IMG/VR virus record: IMGVR_UViG_2859821903_000003
Span: 1 to 58,025 of that record
Source of the DNA: a virus
Lineage: Duplodnaviria > Heunggongvirae > Uroviricota > Caudoviricetes
DNA: 58,025 nt
Strand: one strand, 5' to 3'
Part shown: piece by piece, positions 10,407-20,625 of the stretch
Layout of the letters: each line of letters starts with the position of its first letter
Position numbering within the stretch: position 1 is the first letter of the stretch
The notes under the pieces: model-generated
The model's input: only the letters and a program-made list of their open reading frames with translations
Told to the model about the DNA's origin: nothing
Database searches by the model: none
Made by a program: the position numbers and the translations under genes

Positions 10407-10578
10407 TTTTTCAAGCGTCTCACTTCGTCGCAGTTGGGATTTTCGGTTTTTCTATGTGTATGTTTCATAAGTATTTTTTTACCCCTCACTTTTGAGGATG
10501 TATACAGGTCGAAAAGTGAGGGGGAGCGGGCTAATTTTGGCCCTCTTTCTATCCCCTCGCTTTTGCTCCTCACTTTTA
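10379..10578. repeat. Iteron array, CTCACTTTT-type repeats (at least 6 copies, one inverted); candidate island origin of replication
   Basis: Copies at 10379, 10393, 10410, 10486, 10570, a CTCGCTTTT variant at 10553 and an inverted copy at 10511-10524, immediately 3' of the replication gene. Confidence 0.5.
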
Positions 10579-11976
10579 TAGCGGCGCTACATCATCCCCA
10601 TCGATACGAATAACCCCATCTTTTTCCAGCTTGTACAGCCAGCGCCGGAAGTTTTTCATTTCATACCCCAGCTTTTTCATGTCATCACGTAACATCTGGA
10701 TCGTGCACTTGTCGCCGTTCTGTGTGCGTGAACGGATGCACCCCCATAGCGCGGTATGGTTTTCCGTCTTGTTCCCTGCCTCCTCGATGCGCTCCAGTTC
10801 AACAGGAGGGCGCGGATCATCCACCACCACCAGCGACGTGATTAATTCACCGTCAGCGTCGGTAAAAAGCTCCACCACGCGTAAGTCATATGCGGCTTCT
10901 TTGAGTTCCTCCGCGTCCTTCATTTTGGTGCATGAGATAACCAGCGCTTCGCTTCCTGCGTCCTCCCTGCGTATCCGGTATTCAGCATCCAGCGAAGCAC
11001 GAAATGCACTGGAACCGCGCGCGCCTTTCGTCTCATCCTTGCCGGAATGGTGAACCACCAGCACCGTGGCCCCTGTGCGTCGTTTCAGTTCGTCACAACC
11101 ACGGATAAACGCCCCCATATCACGGGAATCATTTTCATCATTCCCACCAAAGCAACGCGCCAGCGTATCCAGAATAATCATGCGTACAGGTTTACCCGTT
11201 TCCCGCTCCACCTGACGGGCAGCGATAACCATTTCATCAACATCAAGCGGGGCAGCCGGAAAGATGGGGCGGTTTACCAGATACAGATTTTTCACCTGCT
11301 CATCGTGCACAACCTCCCAGGCTTTTACACGACGCGGAACACCTATACCGCCTTCACCAACCACATAGAGAACCGCACCATGTGCAACCCTGCGGCCTCC
11401 CCACTGGCGACCAGTGGCAACATGGCACGCCCACGATCCGGCAAGGAATGATTTATAGGACCCGCTAGCCCCGTATATGCTGCATAGCGATACCGCCGGA
11501 ATAATCCCCTTAACCACGTAATCCAGTTGCGTGTCGTATCCGGTAGATCCAACGCTCATCGGTAGCGTGGTTTTTCGCTGGTGGTTTTTTTCTTCCGCCG
11601 GCTCTTTCCCGCGCACCCGTTCCAGGTATTCGCGCCAGTTCTCCCGCATATGGCTGTGCATCCCTTCGGGGTAATAATTCGCATCAGTTACACCCGCCGC
11701 CGCCAGCTTGTGCGCAATGGCATTAATATTTGATGGCCTGATGTGGCCTGCCTTGTACAGCCGGACACAATAGCGCCCCTCGTCGATGATTCTCAGGTCT
11801 GCCAGTTCATCCAGTTGATCATCAGCCAGCACAACGGGAGGCACATTATCGCCAGCCAGTCGCCCGTCCTGTTCCTGCCACTGTTTCGCATGTGCCCAGG
11901 CATCACTACCCGCAAAAATAATGGCTTCGGTCATCTTGTCGTAAGGCTGTTTTTTTAAGTTCGGTGCGCTTTTCAT
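10576..11976 (-). CDS. Replication protein, RecA-like/AAA helicase family
   Basis: 466 aa; Walker A GASGSYKS, Walker B-like LVVHHSGKDE; adjacent to iterons. Confidence 0.65.
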   Translation of the reverse strand: MKSAPNLKKQPYDKMTEAIIFAGSDAWAHAKQWQEQDGRLAGDNVPPVVLADDQLDELADLRIIDEGRYCVRLYKAGHIRPSNINAIAHKLAAAGVTDANYYPEGMHSHMRENWREYLERVRGKEPAEEKNHQRKTTLPMSVGSTGYDTQLDYVVKGIIPAVSLCSIYGASGSYKSFLAGSWACHVATGRQWGGRRVAHGAVLYVVGEGGIGVPRRVKAWEVVHDEQVKNLYLVNRPIFPAAPLDVDEMVIAARQVERETGKPVRMIILDTLARCFGGNDENDSRDMGAFIRGCDELKRRTGATVLVVHHSGKDETKGARGSSAFRASLDAEYRIRREDAGSEALVISCTKMKDAEELKEAAYDLRVVELFTDADGELITSLVVVDDPRPPVELERIEEAGNKTENHTALWGCIRSRTQNGDKCTIQMLRDDMKKLGYEMKNFRRWLYKLEKDGVIRIDGDDVAPL

Positions 11977-12272
11977 TTCTTGCCCCTGAATCCGTTAATC
12001 ATGGTTTTCAGCTTCTGGATGTTTGCCCGTGCCCTGGCGTTGCTGGTGGGCACGTTATGCGGCGCGGTCTGTACCAGAGAAAAATCACGCCGGAACTGAT
12101 AAACAGGCATCACGCAATCATATTCGTAACCTTCACGGCGGTAGGTTACGCGCCGTTCTTCCACGCCCTTAATCATTACCGTGCCGCCGTAATGGTCGCG
12201 GTAAATATCACCGCGCGTAAATTTAGGGTGAGTGTTGCCACTGGCAGTTAAGCCAGAATATTTAAGTTTCAT
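11973..12272 (-). CDS. Hypothetical island protein (99 aa)
   Basis: ORF coupled to the replication gene start. Confidence 0.35.
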   Translation of the reverse strand: MKLKYSGLTASGNTHPKFTRGDIYRDHYGGTVMIKGVEERRVTYRREGYEYDCVMPVYQFRRDFSLVQTAPHNVPTSNARARANIQKLKTMINGFRGKK

Positions 12273-12277
12273 TATTT

Positions 12278-12523
12278 TTATTCTCCGGTGTGCTGTTCTT
12301 TATATCCGTCGTGCAATAGATCTATTTCTTGCAGTTCCATTATTACAGGCTCAAGAAGCGTTATTAATGCCGTGGCAATTCTTGATTTTTGTTTGTCGCG
12401 TTCATTGTCGCCAAGTGTTTCAAGCCATATGCGCAATATTTCCAGCATGTTTTCACTGTGAGAAAGTGCAAGAAATGCGCGGTCTATTGTTTCGTGGTAA
12501 ATATCACGCATATTAATCCCCAT
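12278..12523 (-). CDS. Hypothetical island protein (81 aa)
   Basis: ORF in the leftward early operon. Confidence 0.35.
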   Translation of the reverse strand: MGINMRDIYHETIDRAFLALSHSENMLEILRIWLETLGDNERDKQKSRIATALITLLEPVIMELQEIDLLHDGYKEQHTGE

Positions 12524-12725
12524 CCGTCGTTTTTCTTAAAATAACCTCTGTCACGAAATCAGCATAATCGGCGGCGATATTCAGTACATCAAGCCCGTTG
12601 ATTTATATTCTCTCGTGGAAAGTAAGAAAAAAGCCGCTCTAATAAGTTCTGGCATTGACGAAAGCGCATCAGCCGCACCATCAGGAACGCCGGAAAATTC
12701 CTGTTTCAGGGAATTAAAACGATCA

Positions 12726-12989
12726 TCACGCATAACCCCCCCCATTTTCACAATCGGCAACAAGAATATTTTTAGCGTCATTCAGTGACCGCGTTGCGAT
12801 GTATCGGATACATTCCAGGGCGAACTGTGTCCGGTCTTTCTGTTCTTCTCCCTGCGCAAGCTCTGCCGTGCATTCAATATCAATAAGCGCGTGCATCAGC
12901 GTAGTGAGCGCGGCGGCTGCTGCGTCCGGTGTGGTTTTATTGTGCATAGGTTTCTCCCTGGCGGATTTTTGCAGCGAATACAGCAACAC
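12726..12989 (-). CDS. Hypothetical island protein
   Basis: ORF in the leftward early operon; start uncertain. Confidence 0.25.
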   Translation of the reverse strand: MLLYSLQKSAREKPMHNKTTPDAAAAALTTLMHALIDIECTAELAQGEEQKDRTQFALECIRYIATRSLNDAKNILVADCENGGGYA

Positions 12990-13140
12990 AACCGGACGGG
13001 CAACGGCTACGCGCTTCGCGTTCCGTCCAGGCGGTTACGTGGATGATTTGAGATTCTCCGGCACTCAGGGCCAGAAAACGCCACACAAAGGCCGTTTGTG
13101 TGTGTACAAGGTGTGGTATATGATTTACGGCAACCATAAC
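12937..13140 (-). CDS. Hypothetical first gene of leftward operon (start taken as MVAVNH)
   Basis: The longer ORF would overlap the operator palindromes, so the internal start is preferred. Confidence 0.25.
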   Translation of the reverse strand, partial: VMVAVNHIPHLVHTQTAFVWRFLALSAGESQIIHVTAWTEREARSRCPSGCVAVFAAKIRQGETYAQ

Positions 13141-13227
13141 GGCTCCTAGTTTACGTTGTTGGTTAGAAGCCCTGCGAGTGGTAATGACACTTGCGGGGCT
13201 TTGCTTTTTTAAGTGCTCTTGTGTTAA

Positions 13228-13272
13228 GGTGGCCACCTAACAATGGAAAGGCTAATTCAATAGGTGGCCACT
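13228..13272. promoter_or_regulatory. Twin palindromic operators AGGTGGCCAC (13228-13237 and 13263-13272) in a divergent control region
   Basis: Two copies of a 10-bp palindrome with 35 bp centre-to-centre spacing, between the divergent leftward operon and the RHH gene. Confidence 0.5.
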
Positions 13273-13331
13273 TGTCAACAATCAAACGCGATAAAAGCCC
13301 TAAAGGGGACGGGCAATCCCCACAATTCAGA

Positions 13332-13463
13332 ATGCGAATTTCTCCAGAGCTAAAAGAGCAATTCGACAAAGAAGCACAGAGCGACGGCATAAGCCTAGCC
13401 AACTGGCTTAAAGAGTTGGGGCGCACTGAACTAAAGCGGCGCGGCATAGAACCCAAAGGATAA
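13332..13463 (+). CDS. Small ribbon-helix-helix (Arc/CopG-like) DNA-binding protein, candidate island repressor
   Basis: 43 aa from MRISPELKEQFDKEAQSDGISLANWLKELGR; RHH-like pattern; divergent from the replication operon. Confidence 0.4.
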   Translation: MRISPELKEQFDKEAQSDGISLANWLKELGRTELKRRGIEPKG

Positions 13464-13505
13464 AAACTATCAGCGCCGTGGTGTGAGGTATTACGGCGCA
13501 TTGCT

Positions 13506-13694
13506 ATGCAGGACAACACAATGACCGATAAAGAATTGACCAAAACATTATCACCGGCACGGAAAAGACGGCGCAGAAAGATAGAGCATGAATCAGAAAG
13601 ATTCGCGCCATGTGCTTTTGCCCTTGAGCAATTCCTTAAAGAGTATAGGGAAAAGCGCTCATTGCAGGTATGGCAACGAACTGAACCAGACTGA
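13506..13694 (+). CDS. Hypothetical small basic protein
   Basis: 62 aa ORF downstream of the RHH gene on the same strand; terminator follows. Confidence 0.25.
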   Translation: MQDNTMTDKELTKTLSPARKRRRRKIEHESERFAPCAFALEQFLKEYREKRSLQVWQRTEPD

Positions 13695-13789
13695 TTGCAT
13701 TGCCCACCAGCCTGATAGCGGCTATCATCCCCGTGCTTATGTTTGGGATCACATACACATAAGGCGCAGCGGGTTATCTGTTCAGAAAG

Positions 13790-13817
13790 GCGGCTCCATT
13801 TCGGGGCCGCTTTTTTT
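13790..13817 (+). terminator. Rho-independent terminator of the rightward RHH transcript
   Basis: GCGGC stem / 11-nt loop / GCCGC followed by T7. Confidence 0.5.
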
Positions 13818-13963
13818 ATGCCTGAAAAACCCCAATTTTGTGGTTTTCCAGTCTCACCAGGGCGAACAAATCCCCGCCCACGTTCTGGCGTATATTCAAT
13901 CTTCATGGTTATAGCTCTGTGTTCAGATGATTGATGTGTGGCGGCTGCGTGCCGCCAGCGTGA

Positions 13964-14152
13964 TTAATGAACTGCCTTGCAGCTATCCTTCCAGGCCAGA
14001 ACCTCGGATAAAGACCAGCCAACGGAACGACCGCCAAGTTTACGACGTGATGGGAATTGTCCGGCCTTTTCCAGGCGGTAGCGACACGTACGGCTAAGGC
14101 CGGTTAGTTTTTCGCATTCTTTTTCACGTATAAACCGATCAGTGCTTAACAC
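13964..14152 (-). CDS. alpA: AlpA-family phage transcriptional regulator / excisionase-like protein
   Basis: 62 aa; LSRTCRYRLEKAGQFPSRRKLGGRSVGWSLSEVLAW matches the AlpA pattern; next to int. Confidence 0.75.
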   Translation of the reverse strand: MLSTDRFIREKECEKLTGLSRTCRYRLEKAGQFPSRRKLGGRSVGWSLSEVLAWKDSCKAVH

Positions 14153-14424
14153 TATTGCCCCCTTTCGTTTCTTAAAGAGTCATCAGGTGTCTTATTGTGT
14201 CGTATTGTTCCCGCTAGAGTGATGAATGGCAAATACTGAGGATGTATGATTTACAGAAAATGAAAAAGTAAGAATAAAATCTTTTAAATTCATGTTAATA
14301 CAAAGGCATAAAATATTGTTCCATGCCTTTTTTCTCGCTCTTTAAAGAGTGATTCGCTAGTGTATAAAAAACCAGTAACACATTAAAAATCAGCTACTTA
14401 TAAATCCGTACGCTTTTTCGCCTC

Positions 14425-14478
14425 TTGTTCGTAGTTGTTCCACATTGTTGCTCATTGTTGCACGTTGTATCTGTTCGC
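14425..14478 (+). promoter_or_regulatory. Array of five or more 10-bp-phased TTGTTC/TTGTTG hexamers between int and alpA
   Basis: TTGTTCGTAGTTGTTCCACATTGTTGCTCATTGTTGCACGTTGTAT in AT-rich intergenic DNA upstream of alpA. Confidence 0.45.
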
Positions 14479-14516
14479 ATATCCAGTATGCGCATACTGA
14501 AAAAACACGAAAAAAA

Positions 14517-15746
14517 TTATTTTCTTCTGGCTACTGGTAGCGTGGTTACGTTTTCATGTGTTCCCGCCAGTATCCCTAACCGCTCCGTCCACATATCCAG
14601 CGCATTGCGTTTCGCATCCAGATAACGGGAATGATTATAAACTCGCTGCATTCCTGGCATCTGGTGGCCTGTAAGCTGCTCCACGACATGCGGATCAACG
14701 CCTAAATCGTTCAGCATGGTTGTAAAGGTGCGCCGGATGTCATGCAGTGACCAGTGAGGGTGTTTAAGCCTCCTGTGCGCTAATCTGCCGTACTGCGACA
14801 CGCTGGTTTCCTGTTTCACTTCCCCCAGCAATAAGCCCGTGTGCCTGTTCTGCTCCACCAGCTGCGTGACGAACGGCATTATCGCTTCCGGTATGGGCCG
14901 GAATATGGCTACCTTCGTTTTGCTGTGCTCCTTCGGAACAGTCCAGAGCATTTCGGTAAAATCCCACTCGCCGATCTCCGATAACCTAAGTTCGACCGTC
15001 CGGCATCCGAACACAATCAGGAGGCGGATTAGCGCGATGTAGTAGGGGGAGAATATTTTTTTGTCCAGTGCCTGCAATAATTCGCCAAGTTCTTTGTTGC
15101 TTAAGACACGCTCGCTTATATCCGGTTTTTTCCCAACGTCCGCCACACTCATATCATCAAGAACGTTGCTGATTGCATAGCGCCGCTTCCGGCAGAACTT
15201 AAGCGCCTGCTTGCATGTCTGTAGCAGGAACCCGGCGGAAACAGGGGCTTGCTTTGCCACCCGATCAAAACAGGCCAGCCAGTGCCGTAGCTCGCATTTA
15301 TCCAGCGGCATAGGGCCAATGTGCTGTATTACGTGATTATTTAGCCGCTTTTTCAGTGGGTCATAATCCACACGGTTTTCCTTTGCGTACGACTCAAGCC
15401 AGTAGGTGAGCGCATCACCAACCGTTACCGGCTTTAACGCTTCCTGTACGGTGTAATTCATCTCATGACGTGGATTTTTCCCCTCAGCCAGCCATGCGCG
15501 ACACTGGGCGGCTTTTTCCCTGGCTGATTTCAGACTCAGATCAGGATAATTTCCCAGCTTAATGCGTTCCGGTGGTGCCCCCCTTCCCGTTCCGGCCCTG
15601 TAAGTGAAATACCAGGTCAATTTCCCTGATGTTAAATATTTCACGCTCAAGTTTCCGCCATCACTATAAAACGTGTTTTTCTCCGCTGGCTTACCATGAA
15701 GTTTCCTTAGCAAGGTATCGCTCAGTTTGTTCATTGCTCTGCTCAC
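14517..15746 (-). CDS. int: Tyrosine integrase, P4-type
   Basis: 409 aa; N-terminal arm-binding-like domain (KLSDTLLRKL...SDGGNLSVKY), catalytic HDIRRTF and LLGHQ...RVYNHSRY. Confidence 0.85.
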   Translation of the reverse strand: MSRAMNKLSDTLLRKLHGKPAEKNTFYSDGGNLSVKYLTSGKLTWYFTYRAGTGRGAPPERIKLGNYPDLSLKSAREKAAQCRAWLAEGKNPRHEMNYTVQEALKPVTVGDALTYWLESYAKENRVDYDPLKKRLNNHVIQHIGPMPLDKCELRHWLACFDRVAKQAPVSAGFLLQTCKQALKFCRKRRYAISNVLDDMSVADVGKKPDISERVLSNKELGELLQALDKKIFSPYYIALIRLLIVFGCRTVELRLSEIGEWDFTEMLWTVPKEHSKTKVAIFRPIPEAIMPFVTQLVEQNRHTGLLLGEVKQETSVSQYGRLAHRRLKHPHWSLHDIRRTFTTMLNDLGVDPHVVEQLTGHQMPGMQRVYNHSRYLDAKRNALDMWTERLGILAGTHENVTTLPVARRK

Positions 15747-15995
15747 GTTTTACCCCCTCTTTACGAAAAAGTGACTACACCAGTGACTACACCGATCGTT
15801 GCACAAAGGGCTACAACGTGAAACAAGCTGGAACAAGGAAAATCACAAATCTGTTGATAATCAAAAACATAATGCACAACCTGAAACATTATGAAACGGC
15901 AAAAAACACTAATTGATAAAATATGCCCATACTTCACGCATTACGTTAAGCATCCGTTATAATCGGTTGCAGATACCAGCCTGTGGATGCTTAAC

Positions 15996-17117
15996 ATGGA
16001 ATACCAACTCACTCTTAACTGGCCCGATTTTCTTGAACGTCACTGGCAGAAACGCCCGGTGGTGTTAAAACGCGGCTTTAATAATTTTATTGACCCGATC
16101 TCTCCAGACGAGTTGGCGGGTCTGGCGATGGAAAGCGAAGTTGACAGTCGACTGGTCAGTCACCAGGATGGCAAATGGCAGGTCAGCCACGGCCCGTTCG
16201 AAAGCTACGATCATCTCGGTGAAACCAACTGGTCATTACTGGTACAGGCAGTGAACCACTGGCATGAGCCGACCGCCGCGCTGATGCGACCGTTCCGTGA
16301 ACTACCGGACTGGCGTATTGATGATCTGATGATTTCTTTTTCTGTACCTGGCGGCGGCGTCGGCCCGCATCTCGATCAGTACGACGTGTTTATCATTCAG
16401 GGTACCGGACGTCGTCGCTGGCGAGTGGGCGAAAAGCTGCAAATGAAACAGCACTGCCCACATCCGGATCTGTTACAGGTCGATCCGTTCGAAGCCATCA
16501 TCGATGAAGAGCTGGAGCCTGGTGATATTCTTTATATTCCGCCAGGATTCCCGCATGAAGGCTACGCGCTGGAAAATGCGATGAACTATTCCGTGGGCTT
16601 TCGCGCGCCAAATACGCGGGAACTGATTAGTGGATTTGCCGATTATGTGCTGCAACGTGAACTGGGCGGCAACTACTACAGCGATCCTGATGTTCCACCT
16701 CGCGCTCATCCTGCGGATGTTCTGCCTCAAGAGATGGATAAACTGCGTGAGATGATGCTCGAATTGATCAACCAGCCGGAACACTTTAAGCAATGGTTTG
16801 GCGAGTTTATATCCCAGTCACGTCATGAACTGGATATCGCGCCGCCGGAACCGCCTTATCAGCCAGATGAAATCTACGATGCGCTGAAACAAGGTGATGT
16901 GCTGGTGCGCCTGGGTGGTCTGCGCGTATTGCGCATTGGCGACGACGTGTATGCCAATGGTGAGAAGATCGATTCCCCGCACCGTCCGGCACTGGATGCA
17001 CTCGCCAGCAACATTGCGCTGACTGCGGAGAATTTTGGCGATGCGCTGGAAGATCCGTCATTCCTCGCGATGCTCGAGGCGCTGGTCAATAGCGGGTATT
17101 GGTTCTTCGAAGGGTAA
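15996..17117 (+). CDS. roxA: Ribosomal protein uL16 arginine hydroxylase RoxA (YcfD)
   Basis: Translation MEYQLTLNWPDFLERHWQKRPVVLKRGF... matches E. coli YcfD from memory; start taken at the second ATG. Confidence 0.9.
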   Translation: MEYQLTLNWPDFLERHWQKRPVVLKRGFNNFIDPISPDELAGLAMESEVDSRLVSHQDGKWQVSHGPFESYDHLGETNWSLLVQAVNHWHEPTAALMRPFRELPDWRIDDLMISFSVPGGGVGPHLDQYDVFIIQGTGRRRWRVGEKLQMKQHCPHPDLLQVDPFEAIIDEELEPGDILYIPPGFPHEGYALENAMNYSVGFRAPNTRELISGFADYVLQRELGGNYYSDPDVPPRAHPADVLPQEMDKLREMMLELINQPEHFKQWFGEFISQSRHELDIAPPEPPYQPDEIYDALKQGDVLVRLGGLRVLRIGDDVYANGEKIDSPHRPALDALASNIALTAENFGDALEDPSFLAMLEALVNSGYWFFEG

Positions 17118-17165
17118 GTTTGGATTTAAGCCGGATGCGGCATCACATGCCGCATCCCTTTTCGC

Positions 17166-18392
17166 TTACTTCCGTTGCGCCGTTAACTCGGCAATACGGA
17201 CAATCACCTGCACCGCTTTTTCCATACCTTCCAGAGTCACAAACTCATGCTTACCATGATAGTTGTAACCGCCAGTGAACAAGTTCGGGCACGGTAATCC
17301 CATAAACGACAACTGCGCGCCGTCGGTACCGCCGCGGATCGGTTTCAGTTCCGGTTCAATATCGCAGTCACGCATCGCCTGCTGGGCGATATCGAGAATA
17401 TGCGGATGCTCAACCACTTTCTCGCGCATATTGTAGTAACTGTCTTCAATCACCAGTTCAATGTAGCAATCAGGATGTAACCCTTTGCCCACTTTTTTGG
17501 CGATCTCCATCATTTTACGTTTACGCGCTTCAAACTGTTTACGGTCGAAATCACGGATGATGTAGTGCATATCGGCCCGTTCAACGGTGCCTTTCATGCC
17601 CGCCAGGTGATAGAAACCTTCATAGCCTTCTGTCATTTCCGGGCTTTCATCCGCCGGAACTTCCGCATGAATACGTGCCGCCAGCGACAGCGCATTTACC
17701 ATCACTCCTTTCGCCGTGCCCGGATGAACATTGTTACCGACAATTTTGATATTGACCGATGCGGCGTTGAAGTTTTCAAACTCCAGTTCGCCTACGCCAC
17801 CACCGTCAACAGTGTAAGCCCAGCGGGCATCGAAGGCATCAACATCAAAATGTTTCGCCCCTTTGCCCACTTCTTCATCCGGGGTAAAGGCGACGCGAAT
17901 ATCACCATGCGGAATGTTTTTCTGTTGCAATACCGCCAGCGCGGTCATGATTTCTGCAATACCTGCTTTGTCATCGGCACCTAACAAGGTTTTACCATCG
18001 GTGGTAATCAACGTCTGACCCAGTAGCTGATGCAGCACCGGGAACATAACCGGTGATAAAACTTCATCGCCGATACCCAGCGCAATATCGCCACCGCGAT
18101 AGTTTTCAACAATTTGCGGATTAACATTTTTGCCGCTGCAATCCGGTGAGGTATCCACATGAGAAATAAAGCCAATCGCCGGGATATCGCCAGGGACGTT
18201 AGCCGGTAACGTCGCCATCAAAGTGCCCTTCTCACTTAAGGTCACATTGATAAGCCCCATTTCTTCGAGCTGCTCTTTCAGCAGATGCAATAACTTCCAT
18301 TGGCCTTCCGTGCTGGGAACCTGTCTCACCCCTGCTTTTGATTGGGTATCCAGAGACACGTAGTTCAAAAATCGCTCAAGTAGTTTATCCAT
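17166..18392 (-). CDS. pepT: Peptidase T (tripeptide aminopeptidase)
   Basis: Translation from [19 protein letters not shown]... matches E. coli PepT from memory; internal Met preferred over ORF-track start. Confidence 0.9.
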   Translation of the reverse strand: MDKLLERFLNYVSLDTQSKAGVRQVPSTEGQWKLLHLLKEQLEEMGLINVTLSEKGTLMATLPANVPGDIPAIGFISHVDTSPDCSGKNVNPQIVENYRGGDIALGIGDEVLSPVMFPVLHQLLGQTLITTDGKTLLGADDKAGIAEIMTALAVLQQKNIPHGDIRVAFTPDEEVGKGAKHFDVDAFDARWAYTVDGGGVGELEFENFNAASVNIKIVGNNVHPGTAKGVMVNALSLAARIHAEVPADESPEMTEGYEGFYHLAGMKGTVERADMHYIIRDFDRKQFEARKRKMMEIAKKVGKGLHPDCYIELVIEDSYYNMREKVVEHPHILDIAQQAMRDCDIEPELKPIRGGTDGAQLSFMGLPCPNLFTGGYNYHGKHEFVTLEGMEKAVQVIVRIAELTAQRK

Positions 18393-18641
18393 GTAGTCAC
18401 CCTCACTTTTTGTGACAACATTATTAAGAAGCAAGAAAAGACAAATATTGCGTCAGGTCACTTTTACCCCTGCAAGCGGGAATATTTATCAGCATTACCT
18501 TAATGAATATAAAGCTAAGCCAGTAATTCACAACAAAGATTGGCGATTCAAGCGGTTTGCCGTAGAATTACCGCCCTCATTAAGAGTCACCAAGGTGGTT
18601 AACCACAAACCCCGCATCGGTAAGCCATCCGTTGCGTTTAC

Positions 18642-19778
18642 ATGGGACAGAGTAAAAAATTGAATAAACAACCGAGTTCGCTTTCACCGCTGGTGCAATT
18701 GGCGGGAATTCGCAAATGCTTTGATGGTAAAGAGGTCATTCCCCAGCTGGATCTGACTATCAACAATGGCGAGTTCCTCACGCTGCTTGGCCCTTCTGGC
18801 TGCGGTAAAACAACCGTTCTTCGCCTGATTGCAGGTCTGGAAACTGTTGATTCCGGACGCATCATGCTGGATAACGAGGACATCACCCACGTTCCGGCGG
18901 AAAACCGCTATGTGAACACTGTTTTCCAAAGCTACGCACTTTTCCCCCACATGACCGTGTTCGAAAATGTGGCCTTTGGGTTGCGCATGCAAAAAACCCC
19001 CGCTGCTGAAATTACGCCCCGCGTGATGGAAGCCCTGCGGATGGTGCAACTGGAAACCTTCGCTCAACGTAAACCGCATCAGCTCTCTGGTGGTCAACAG
19101 CAACGCGTCGCCATTGCTCGCGCGGTGGTTAACAAGCCTCGTCTGTTGTTGCTGGATGAGTCGCTCTCAGCGCTGGATTACAAACTGCGTAAGCAAATGC
19201 AGAACGAGCTGAAAGCGTTACAGCGTAAGCTTGGCATTACATTCGTCTTCGTGACTCACGACCAGGAAGAAGCACTCACCATGTCAGACAGGATTGTGGT
19301 GATGCGCGAGGGTCGCATTGAGCAAGACGGCACGCCGCGTGAAATCTACGAAGAGCCGAAAAACCTGTTTGTTGCCGGCTTCATTGGCGAAATTAATATG
19401 TTTAACGCCACGGTGATCGAGCGACTCGACGAGCAGCGCGTACGCGCCAACGTTGAAGGCCGCGAATGTAATATCTACGTTAACTTCGCCGTTGAACCGG
19501 GGCAAAAACTGCATGTTCTGCTGCGCCCGGAAGACTTACGTGTTGAAGAGATTAACGACGACAACCACGCTGAAGGGCTGATTGGTTACGTTCGTGAGCG
19601 TAACTACAAAGGCATGACGCTGGAGTCGGTTGTTGAACTGGAAAATGGCAAGATGGTGATGGTCAGCGAATTCTTCAATGAAGACGATCCTGACTTTGAC
19701 CACTCTCTCGACCAAAAAATGGCCATTAATTGGGTAGAAAGCTGGGAGGTCGTACTGGCTGATGAAGAACACAAGTAA
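18642..19778 (+). CDS. potA: Spermidine/putrescine ABC transporter ATP-binding protein PotA
   Basis: 378 aa with Walker [13 protein letters not shown] signature [14 protein letters not shown]. Confidence 0.95.
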   Translation: MGQSKKLNKQPSSLSPLVQLAGIRKCFDGKEVIPQLDLTINNGEFLTLLGPSGCGKTTVLRLIAGLETVDSGRIMLDNEDITHVPAENRYVNTVFQSYALFPHMTVFENVAFGLRMQKTPAAEITPRVMEALRMVQLETFAQRKPHQLSGGQQQRVAIARAVVNKPRLLLLDESLSALDYKLRKQMQNELKALQRKLGITFVFVTHDQEEALTMSDRIVVMREGRIEQDGTPREIYEEPKNLFVAGFIGEINMFNATVIERLDEQRVRANVEGRECNIYVNFAVEPGQKLHVLLRPEDLRVEEINDDNHAEGLIGYVRERNYKGMTLESVVELENGKMVMVSEFFNEDDPDFDHSLDQKMAINWVESWEVVLADEEHK

Positions 19779-20625
19779 GTTCCAGAATGTAGTGATTGTC
19801 ACTATTGTCGGTTGGCTTGTGTTGTTTGTCTTTCTGCCCAACCTGATGATCATTGGCACCAGCTTTTTGACCCGCGACGACGCCAGTTTCGTCAAAATGG
19901 TCTTTACGCTGGATAACTACACGCGTCTGCTCGATCCGCTCTATTTTGAAGTGCTATTGCACTCGCTGAATATGGCGCTGATCGCCACCCTCGCCTGCCT
20001 GATGCTGGGCTATCCATTTGCCTGGTTTCTGGCGAAGCTGCCACACAAGGTGCGTCCGCTGCTGCTGTTTCTGCTGATTGTTCCGTTCTGGACCAACTCA
20101 TTGATTCGTATCTACGGGCTGAAAATTTTCCTCAGCACCAAAGGCTATCTCAACGAGTTTTTGCTCTGGCTGGGCGTTATCGACACACCAATCCGTATCA
20201 TGTTCACGCCCAGTGCGGTGATTATCGGTCTGGTTTACATTCTGCTGCCGTTTATGGTGATGCCGCTGTACTCCAGTATCGAAAAACTGGATAAGCCGTT
20301 GCTTGAGGCGGCGCGCGATCTCGGTGCCAGCAAGTTACAGACTTTTATCCGCATCATTATTCCACTGACGATGCCGGGGATTATTGCCGGATGTCTGCTG
20401 GTGATGCTGCCAGCGATGGGCCTGTTCTATGTGTCCGACCTGATGGGCGGTGCGAAAAACCTGCTGATCGGTAACGTCATCAAGGTACAGTTCCTCAATA
20501 TTCGTGACTGGCCGTTTGGTGCAGCCACCAGCATTACGCTGACTATCGTAATGGGCCTGATGTTGCTGGTTTACTGGCGCGCTTCTCGTTTGCTGAATAA
20601 GAAGGTGAGCGAATTAGATGATTAA
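19762..20625 (+). CDS. potB: Spermidine/putrescine ABC transporter permease PotB
   Basis: Multi-span permease overlapping the potA stop; the last few codons may be affected by the prophage junction. Confidence 0.9.
   Translation: MKNTSKFQNVVIVTIVGWLVLFVFLPNLMIIGTSFLTRDDASFVKMVFTLDNYTRLLDPLYFEVLLHSLNMALIATLACLMLGYPFAWFLAKLPHKVRPLLLFLLIVPFWTNSLIRIYGLKIFLSTKGYLNEFLLWLGVIDTPIRIMFTPSAVIIGLVYILLPFMVMPLYSSIEKLDKPLLEAARDLGASKLQTFIRIIIPLTMPGIIAGCLLVMLPAMGLFYVSDLMGGAKNLLIGNVIKVQFLNIRDWPFGAATSITLTIVMGLMLLVYWRASRLLNKKVSELDD

Larger units (their letters stand above)
1546..15840 (-). mobile_element. Satellite-type integrative island (capsid-forming PICI-like), about 14.3 kb, between phoQ and roxA
   Basis: P4-type int + alpA at one end; replication helicase, SSB and head/packaging genes but no tail or lysis genes; imperfect direct repeats (TGACTACACCA plus TTGTTC-type array) at 1546-1612 and 15772-15840 mark the approximate ends. 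Confidence 0.6.

Noticed and set aside
10379-10578. CRISPR array suggested by the short direct repeats
   Set aside because: Repeat unit is only 9 bp with irregular spacing, and no cas genes are present; an iteron reading fits better. The same applies to the TTGTTC arrays.
13163-13906. 247 aa Cys-rich minus-strand ORF
   Set aside because: Runs through the divergent operator region and antisense to the RHH gene and its terminator; composition looks non-protein-like.
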